Assembly (NCBI RefSeq): GCF_006345805.1
Contig: NC_043012.1
Location: 24,738,001-24,802,000, forward strand
Direction: 5' to 3'
Length of the DNA: 64,000 bases
Origin: Octopus sinensis
Lineage: Eukaryota
Notes under the pieces: generated by a model
Told to the model about the DNA's origin: nothing
Seen by the model: only the letters and a program-made list of their open reading frames with translations
The model's database searches: none
Program-made: the position numbers and the translations under genes
Shown here: positions 55,262 through 64,000 of the stretch, in pieces
Position numbering within the stretch: position 1 is the first letter of the stretch
Layout of the letters: the number at the start of each line of letters is the position of its first letter

Positions 55262-55351
55262 ATGCTGCTTTTGTTGAGTAAACTGAACGGGCAGCAGGTC
55301 GGCTTGACGGTTCTACATTTATTTGTGGTCAGTTGGAAAACGATCCTCAAA
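55262..55351 (+). CDS. GRL-B exon 3 (90 nt, MLLLLSKLNGQQVGLTVLHLFVVSWKTILK)
   Basis: Acceptor ctctcattttccttctacag| and donor AAA|gtaagt, phase 0/0. Aligns without gaps to GRL-A exon 3 (L.G..+GL+....V++..T+L). Confidence 0.9.
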
Positions 55352-55374
55352 GTAAGTAAATAACAACCACAACA

Positions 55375-55435
<61 letters not shown>

Positions 55436-55664
55436 TAACCATAATAATAATAATAATAATGAGAAGAGCATTGTCGATGTGAGAATTGTTGCTGCTCATG
55501 TATTTTAATTTAACTTTAAAAAAAAAAAAAATGAACGAACTATTGAGTTTGGTGTAATGGCCTACCGATGTATACTATGAGTTTCTTTGCCCTAGGAGTC
55601 GGGAAGATACTCGGCAAGAAATGGAAGCAAATTTGAAAGAAGAAAAAAAAAAAAATAATAATAA

Positions 55665-56066
55665 TAATCCTTTCTACTATGAGCACAAGGCATGGAATTT
55701 TGTTGGAAGGGGTACAATCGATTACATCGATCTCAGTACTTGACTGGTACTTAATTTATCAACCCCGAAAGGTTGAACGGCAAAGTCGACCTCAGCGGAA
55801 TTTGAAGTCAGAACGTAGCGACAGACGAAATACCTATTTCTTTATTACCCACATGGGGCTAAACATAGAGGGGACAAACAAGGACAGACATAGGTATTAA
55901 GTCGATTACATCGACCCCAGTGCGTATCTGGTACTTAATTTATCGACCCCGAAAGGATGAAAGGCAAAGTCGACCTCGGCGGAATTTGAACTCAGAACCT
56001 AGCGACAGACGAAATACCGTTAAGCATTTCGCCCTGCGAGCTAAGGATTCCGCCAGCTCGCCGCCC
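55665..56066 (-). mobile_element. SINE family B dimer
   Basis: Two family B bodies in tandem. Confidence 0.85.
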
Positions 56067-56158
56067 TAAATAATAATAATGATATTAAAATATTATTAAT
56101 AATAATACTAATAATACTAATAATAACAACAACAACAACAATGATAATAATAATAATA

Positions 56159-56196
<38 letters not shown>

Positions 56197-56710
56197 TAAC
56201 AATAATAATAAAGGAACTTTGGGACACCCGGTTCTTCGGCATCTTTGTGCCTCTTCAATCAAAGTTATCTCAAACCAATAAATCTAACAAGTGTGTGTGG
56301 CTTTTGTTTATACATTCAGCAAAGACATTATTTGCTGATGCGTGTTAGTTATCTGCCAACCAATAATAAACCGTCATATACACAGTGAACAGTGAGAATC
56401 GAAAAAGATAACTTTCATATTCATTGTTAATAGGTTCCGGTAGCTCTTAACGTGAATATGTTCTGAAGTCCCTTTGTGCTAATGAATCAAGTGTATTATG
56501 AAGGGGCATTCGTCTGAAAGGAGATGTTTTTCTTCAATCATACAACGATACAATGCAAATCTCCAATATAACAGCGATTAGCAGAAATACGTTAGAATCT
56601 GCTTGAACGTATTAAGAATGAATAATGAAAGTCATCGTTTTGATTCTCGCTGTTTATTGTGCACGTACATGTGGACCAGATTTATTCATATCAACGACAG
56701 GTATAGCTAT

Positions 56711-57103
56711 GGATGGAAGCACTCCGTCGGTTACGACGATGAGGGTTCCGGTTGATCCGAATCAACGGAACAGCCTGCTCGTGAAATTAACGTGTAAGTG
56801 GCTGAGCACTCCACAGACACGTGCACCCTTAACGTAGTTCTCGGGGATATTCAGCGTGACACAGAGAGTGACAAGGCCGGCCCCTTGAAATACAGGTACA
56901 ACAGAAACAGGAAGTAAGAGTGGAGTGAGAGAAAGTTGAGGCGAAAGAGTACAACAGGGGTCTCCACCACCCCCTGCCGGAGCCTCGTGGAGCTTTAGGT
57001 GTTTTCGCTCAATAAACACACACAACGCCCGGTCTGGGAATCGAAACCGCGATTCTCCGACTGCGAGTCCGCTGCCCTAACCACTGGGCCATTGCGCCCC
57101 CAC
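56711..57103 (-). mobile_element. SINE family C with an 11-bp TSD (ggtatagctat)
   Basis: TSD at 56700-56710 and 57104-57114. Confidence 0.9.
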
Positions 57104-57539
57104 GGTATAGCTATACAGACGATCGGGTCACTAACACCAAGTAGTTCCGAAAAGTGATGGTACGGTGGAGAAGCGAATCAGTGGGGAATGTTTGAGCGGG
57201 GGATTCATGAAACCAACCGGTTCTGGGTATTATTATAGAAGTAGCAAAGAAGCATAAGAGGGTAGATAGGACACCAGTAAGCCAGATTTTTTGGTGTGCG
57301 TTTGAGAGTGATTTCATGCCTGCCAGACGAGTGCTCTGCCTCTTGCATGCCGTTTAGGATGTTTCTATATGTGGAGCAGCGGTGCCGTCCTAGATGTGGG
57401 AGCAGTTTCCCATTGGGGTAAATTTCTTCTGAGCTTCGCCGGAGGTGAATGGGCGCCGGTTGGGGGTGGGTGAGCAGCGAAGGATTTTTCTGGCCCCAGA
57501 AGATAAAAGCTTGTCTCTGCGCTGCAATTTTTTCATGAT

Positions 57540-57679
57540 ATTGTTGTTGATGTTGATGATGATGATGATGATGACGACGATGATGATGATGACGACGACG
57601 ACGATGACGACACCGACGATGATGATGATGATGATGACAACAACGACAGCGACGATGACGACGACGACGATGTTGATGT

Positions 57680-57712
<33 letters not shown>

Positions 57713-57842
57713 CGATGATGATGATGATGATGATGACGACGGCGACGATAACGACGACGACGACAATGTTGATGGTGATGATGATGATGAGGATGATGAC
57801 GACGATGATGATGATAATGGTGGTGATGTAGATGACGATGAC

Positions 57843-57880
<38 letters not shown>

Positions 57881-58016
57881 CGACGACGATGATGATGATG
57901 ATGATGATGATGATGACGACGATGATGACGATGATGATGACGACAGCGATGATAACGACTACGACGACAATGTTGATGGTGATGATGATGATGATGAGGA
58001 GGAGGAGGATGACGAC

Positions 58017-58047
<31 letters not shown>

Positions 58048-58067
58048 GTGATGTAGATGACAATGGC

Positions 58068-58099
<32 letters not shown>

Positions 58100-58160
58100 C
58101 GACAAAGACGATGATGATGCTGATATGGTGGATGCTCGTCGTCGTCGTCATCGTCATCGT
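57540..58160. repeat. (GAT/GAC)n microsatellite, ~620 bp
   Basis: Direct inspection. Confidence 0.95.
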
Positions 58161-58619
58161 CGCCAATCGTTGTATGTATTGTGATGAAGCCGTTCGGTTT
58201 GTCGTGTTAGCAACCACCTGTTTAAGAAGTAAGCATACTCTGCGAAAAGAGACGAGAAGCGATGTACTTGAGTGAGTGAAGCACAAATATAAACCAGCTT
58301 TCTCTCTTACAGGTGAAATCAATCCGAGACAATGACGCGACAAGGTTTGCGGTACGACATAAGCAAACAGACAAACTAATATATCAACATTATTAGGCTT
58401 GTTAGGGTAATGTAGAAATGCACTTGTGTACACACAGGAGACGACAGTTGCGGGAGTCTATGTAATTGCCCAGGTGGACGCATACATTGAAGCATCACAC
58501 GCACGCACACATACACACACATACACACGCAGGTACGGATGTGTGCGTATTTGTTCAGTTTTTGTGTATGTGTGTGTATGTAAACATCTGAGTAGCTAGG
58601 TGTGTGTATGTGTATATAT

Positions 58620-58708
<89 letters not shown>

Positions 58709-58714
58709 ATGTAT

Positions 58715-59171
<457 letters not shown>

Positions 59172-59197
59172 CACATACAAATACATATATATATATG

Positions 59198-59230
<33 letters not shown>

Positions 59231-59266
59231 CAATGTATGTGTGCATATATATATATATATATATAT

Positions 59267-59300
<34 letters not shown>

Positions 59301-59932
59301 CAACTTACAAATGAGCGGATAATAAGCATTTGTTTCATATAGCAGACTTTGTCCGTTTACTTTCTCGATGTTCAAAGTTTCGCGTTTCCGCTGTTCACCG
59401 CAACAGATATTGCAAGACAGTAGCGGTCTCTCATGTTTACATATTTTAAAGTGAACCAACTTAATCAAAGATTGGATAAGAGAGAGACGATATAGCGCCT
59501 GTTACACATCGGTGCACCATAAAACCGTCGAGAAAATGGTCTTGAAATGGTGCGCAATCTCTCCTGATGACCACTAAAACCTACTGGCATCCGCTATGCG
59601 GAGTTTTCGATTGATTGCACTGGCACAAACAGACTGTTTCCAAGTGTGTATGTGAGGATACACACACACACACACACACACACACGCGCGCACACACACG
59701 CACACATTGTTTTGTCAGAAGAATTTTATAGACTTTCGATAAAACGTAAAATAACTCTTTTTTGGAATATCCGGAAGGAGACACATAAAGATGTGGTTAA
59801 AAATATAACTGCCTGAAGAACCTGTGCACCTACAGGAGAAATTCACAGTTTCAACAGACTGACTCGACCAACAGACACACGCACGCACACACACACATAC
59901 ACATACACACACACACGCACACACACACCGGT

Positions 59933-60050
59933 TTATTTCTGTGTTCCTTTCTGTTAAAGAGCGTAGGCTCGAAACGTAAGAGACTCTAATTTAAACTAAT
60001 ACATCTGTTGTTTACATAGCCGTCTTCTTTTGTTTTGTTCATTTTGTTTG
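59933..60050 (+). ncRNA. Third, more decayed copy of the hammerhead-like repeat (motif 59943-59984)
   Basis: cttt-CTGTTAA-A-GAGC(GTAG)GCTC-GAAACGT-A-agagac; the G8 position is A. Confidence 0.5.
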
Positions 60051-60784
60051 GTAAATAATAATAATAAAGATGTCTTTAGAAGTATTCAAGAATTTGGTAA
60101 TGCCGATTTTTTTCATAATTTGTGCACTTATTTTTGTATGCAAATGCTTTAGTGACAGTATAGAAAAGCTGGTGTTTTCAGAAAAAATTATTTTTAATAA
60201 TAAAAAGAAATGATGGTAATAATAATTAGTAATGATTTCTTTATTAACCACAAGGGTTTACATTAAGAAAAACATTATGGACAGTACGGGACAAAACAAC
60301 GAATGTGTGTTGTGTGTGTGTGTGTGTGTGTGTGAGTGTTGTTGTAAGGGTTTTGCGTGTAAACAAGACTAACAAAATTATAAAAAAGAAACCAAAAAAT
60401 CAACAATGAGTAATCCTCAATAGGGAGCAAACTTTCGAGAGCTACTCATGGAAAAACCCTTCAAAAACACCATGGGTAACCTGACTTTTGGAGCAGTTGC
60501 CTTTTACCTTTCCTTATATTTTTCCAACGACAGGTGCATGCTCAGAGCAGGCCTGTTCGCTCGCACCATTCTAGATAATAGATTTTTCTTTTGTCTCCTT
60601 CTTCTTCCTGCTAACAAAACGCTAAAAATAAGCGTATGATGAACAAACAATGAAGAGAAGTTGTCTGGTGTAACAGGTGATAGCGCTGCAGAGCGGTTTA
60701 CATATCAACTCCGCACATTCAGTGTCACATAACCATTTAACAACACAATTGACAATCCCGAGCCAACGCCCATTCACGTGCAGT

Positions 60785-60831
60785 TTTATTTTATTATCAT
60801 TTAGTTTTCTTTCTTCCTTTCTTTCCTTTTT

Positions 60832-60887
<56 letters not shown>

Positions 60888-61075
60888 TCCTTCCTTCCTT
60901 CCTTCTTTCTTACTTTCTTTCTTTCTTTCTTCTTTCTTTTATTTCATTCTTTCTTTCTTTTTTCTTTCTTTTTTCTTTCTCTTTTCTTTCTTTTTTCTTT
61001 CTTTCTTTCTTTCTTTTTTCTTTTTTATCTTTTTCCTTCTTTCTTTCTTTCTTTCTTCTTCTTTCTTTCTTTCCT

Positions 61076-61119
<44 letters not shown>

Positions 61120-61120
61120 T
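60785..61120. repeat. (CTTT)n microsatellite
   Basis: Direct inspection. Confidence 0.95.
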
Positions 61121-61369
61121 CACAGTCATGTGACATACGACTTGTTATCACTCCTATTTTGTATGCAATATATATATGTCTCTAAAAGCATCGGTTTCGT
61201 TACCAAGACAACTGTATTAGCATCAATATTACTTGTTGTTGTGTTGTTCTGTGTTGTTGTTGTTGTTGTTGGTGGTGGTGTGGTGGTGGTGATTGTTATT
61301 GTTTCAGTTGCTGATTTTTTACTTTTATTTTTATTTTCATTTTTCTCAGAGTCTAATGATAATAATAAT

Positions 61370-61753
61370 AATGATTTCGAATTTTTGCCACAAGGGCAGC
61401 TTGTGGGAGGGGATTAAGTCGATTACATTGACCCCAGTGCGTAACTGGTACTTATTTAATCAACCCCGAAAGGATGAAAGGCAAAGTCGACCTCAGCGGA
61501 ATTTGAACTCAGAACGTAACGGCAGACGGAATACCTATTTCTTTACTACCCATAAGGGGTTAAACACAGAAGGGACAAACAAGGAAAGACAAACGGATTA
61601 AGTCGATTATATCGACCCCAGTGCGTAACTGGTACTTATTTAATCGATCCCGAAAGGATGAAAGGCAAAGTCGACCTCGGCGGAATTTGAACTCAGACAA
61701 AATACCGCTAAGCATTTCGCCCGGTATGCTAACGATTCTGTAAGCTCGCCACC

Positions 61754-61755
<2 letters not shown>
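61370..61755 (-). mobile_element. SINE family B dimer
   Basis: Two family B bodies in tandem, directly upstream of the R4/Dong-like LINE. Confidence 0.85.
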
Positions 61756-61808
<53 letters not shown>

Positions 61809-63082
61809 GTTACAGCTACAATATCCTTAACTGGACACGAAATGAACTGACCAAATAGATAGGAAAACAAGAAAAATAATGACAGGATCTAGGATGCATC
61901 ACCCAAAATCTGACATAGAAAGACTATATATACAACGTATAGAAGGTGGTAGAGGCCTTATACAGCTGGAAAACTACTATAAAATAACCACCATAGGACT
62001 GCAAAAATGTCTACTTCAGAAGGAAGGAAAACTGATCCAGATAGCGGCAAAACACGAGCAAAACAAAAAACTGTTCTCAGTATTTAAGGAAGCTGACAAA
62101 TACAAACAAGAAATCATACTACTAATAAACATGAAGAAGAAGATGAAGAAACACAAAAGCTATAAAACAAATGAAATCCAAACTAAAAATAGAACAGCAA
62201 CGAACATGATAAAACGATGGCAAGAATAGCCCCTTCGTGGTAAATACTGGACTAAACTAAACGCAAAAGAAATAGACAAAAAAAATCCCAGCAATGGTGA
62301 GAAGCTCAGGACTCAAAGCAGAAACAGAGGGATTTTTAATTGCAGCACAAGACCAAAGCCTCCCCACCAGAAATTACCAAAAACATGTAATGAAAAGAAA
62401 TATTACAAGTAACTGCAGAATATGTGGAGATGGACAAGAAACAATAAATCATATTATCTCTAGCTGCCCAGTCCTGGCTAAGAAGGAATATATTCACAGA
62501 CATGACAGAGTTGGAACCTACATACATTGGAAGCTATGCCAACATTATGGAATAACAACAGAAAAAAAGTGGTATAGGCACACACAAGAAAAGGTCACAG
62601 AAAACGAGAAAGCAGCAACCATACTCTGGGATATGCCGATACACACAGATAGAGAAATTAAGGCCAACAGACCAGATATAGTTGTCAGAGATCATGAAGA
62701 AAAAAAATGCTTTCTAATTGATGTATCAATACCGGCTGATGACAACGTGTCTCTAAAAGAAATGGAGAAACTCTCAAAATACAAAGACTGGGAAATAGAG
62801 GTAACTAGAATGTGGAATCTGAAAACAGAAACAATTCCTATCATAGTAGGTGCATTAGGCATGCATGATAAAAAAATATTCAGACAATACATAACAAAAA
62901 CACAGGACTTACAAACACATATAACATACAGAAAATTGCACTATGGGCACTGCACACATCCTACGCAGAACACTTTCCATACATAACCATCAGAGCATCA
63001 CAACAAATCACAGCACATACCAAAGCACACAGAGCTGCGCTCGGTAGTGAAGTGAAAGCACGCTATAAAAATAAAACTACTG
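61809..63082 (+). mobile_element. 5'-truncated, decayed R4/Dong-like (RLE) non-LTR retrotransposon, family 1
   Basis: Translates to ...GGRGL..., ETEGFLIAAQDQSL, CRICGDGQETINHIISSC (CCHC) and RPDIVV...LIDVSIP...KLSKYKD (PD..D..K restriction-like endonuclease). Contains a stop and frameshifts. (AAT)n on both sides. Confidence 0.9.
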
Positions 63083-63134
63083 AATAATAATAATAATAAT
63101 AATAATAATTATAATCTTCATTGGTCACAAGGGC

Positions 63135-64000
63135 CGAACACAAGATAAAAAGGGACTACACAGCACACGGGCCGAGTGGAACTTGGCACAAAAATTCATG
63201 TATAAAAATGAGACAAGAATCATTAAAAACAGAAATTCAACAATATCACTCCCCAAAGGGAGAAGTTCCACCGAGGGACAACCAAGAAACGCCACACATA
63301 CTGGTTACCCTGACCGCCAGGGGCACTTCAGCAAGTGCCCCTCTCCTCAACTCCTGCGGTTTCCAAGCGTATTTTCAAAAAGTAGGCCCATTCATGCAAA
63401 CCGTCCTCGCTACATTCACCAACCTTTCAGCAAGAATATTAGGGAGAAGTATCTCCCTCTCCACCCTCGCCTTCCTTCTCTATTGAAACTTGAAAAAATT
63501 TAATGAGGGTTGGGCCAAAGAGGAAAATGTCTGTTTTCAGCCCTTTCAACTTCGTCTACCACACTACCTCTTTCGCCATGGCCAATTGACAGAGGAAAAT
63601 TGCCTTCCTTCCTGCTCTCCCACCACACCATAAAAAGGCGACTGAGCAGTTTTCACGATAGGCGCGGCTGATAACCAGATTCATCCTACACGAGTTAACA
63701 GCTGGTCGACAACACTCCACATATCAGCAATGCCCGGACACTGGTCGAGTGCATAAGGAATGGTTTCATCGCCATGCACATATCTCGGACATCTCCGTCT
63801 CACAGCATTCCCTTGTCTGTAGAGCTTGTCTCGAACTGGCAGAGCTCTTGGTGAGCACTGCCAGGTCAGGGATTATCCGTAGGCCCCAGCCCCAAAATAC
63901 ACTGGAAAAGGTCAGTAAATTGATCCCTCCCGACGCCCATTGTCCGACTGGCAGAGGGATGTGAGTGCTTGCCGACACTCTAGGTGCCAAGTACCCTCTC
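63135..64000 (-). mobile_element. L1/Tx1-like LINE 3' part (same family as 13771-15200), continuing beyond the window
   Basis: WQCSPRALPVRDKLYRQGNAVRRRCPRYVHGDETIPYALDQCPGIADMWSVVDQLL; the 3' UTR resembles that of the 14.8-15.0 kb copy. Confidence 0.8.

Noticed and set aside
58313-58396. Good acceptor (tttctctcttacag) giving VKSIRDNDATRF...HY* as the GRL-B last exon
   Set aside because: Hydrophilic, with no TM7b or TY..QF motif. Cannot be excluded as a cryptic terminal exon.
57390-58433. 347-aa Ile/Val-rich ORF and poly-Met ORFs
   Set aside because: Translation of the (GAT)n tract.
59424-59500. [10 protein letters not shown] as the GRL-B last exon
   Set aside because: TY-to-Q spacing is one residue short, the residues are not hydrophobic, there is an in-frame TAG just upstream, and the acceptor is poor.

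Overview
AT-rich, microsatellite- and SINE-saturated eukaryotic genomic DNA. The repeat families look like an octopus/coleoid cephalopod genome (inference, not database-checked). The only host genes I can support are two divergently transcribed (head-to-head, ~13.5 kb apart) gustatory-receptor-like (GRL / 7TM ion channel, insect Gr/Or superfamily) genes, which the ORF track shows only as truncated first exons. GRL-A (minus strand) can be rebuilt completely by hand: exons 30797-29754, 21513-21445, 18695-18606 and 11942-11820, about 441 aa, ending in the TYxxxxxQF pore-helix motif. GRL-B (plus strand) has exons 44327-45400, 51108-51176 and 55262-55351; its last exon was not found in the window. 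Both genes share the same phase-0 intron positions and the same 69-nt and 90-nt internal exons. The rest is transposon debris: at least four tRNA-derived SINE families, five R4/Dong-like LINE 3' ends (all in (AAT)n), three L1/Tx1-like fragments, an RTE-like fragment, a Penelope RT/GIY-YIG fragment, a Tc1/mariner fragment, a Tigger-like MITE, a small Helitron and two fold-back elements. A short repeat family (3 copies) carries a minimal hammerhead-ribozyme-like motif with a shared core variant. There are also several local duplications and one templated-insertion scar. No rRNA, genuine tRNA or CRISPR array was seen. Repeat boundaries are approximate (+/- tens of bp); exon boundaries were counted base by base.
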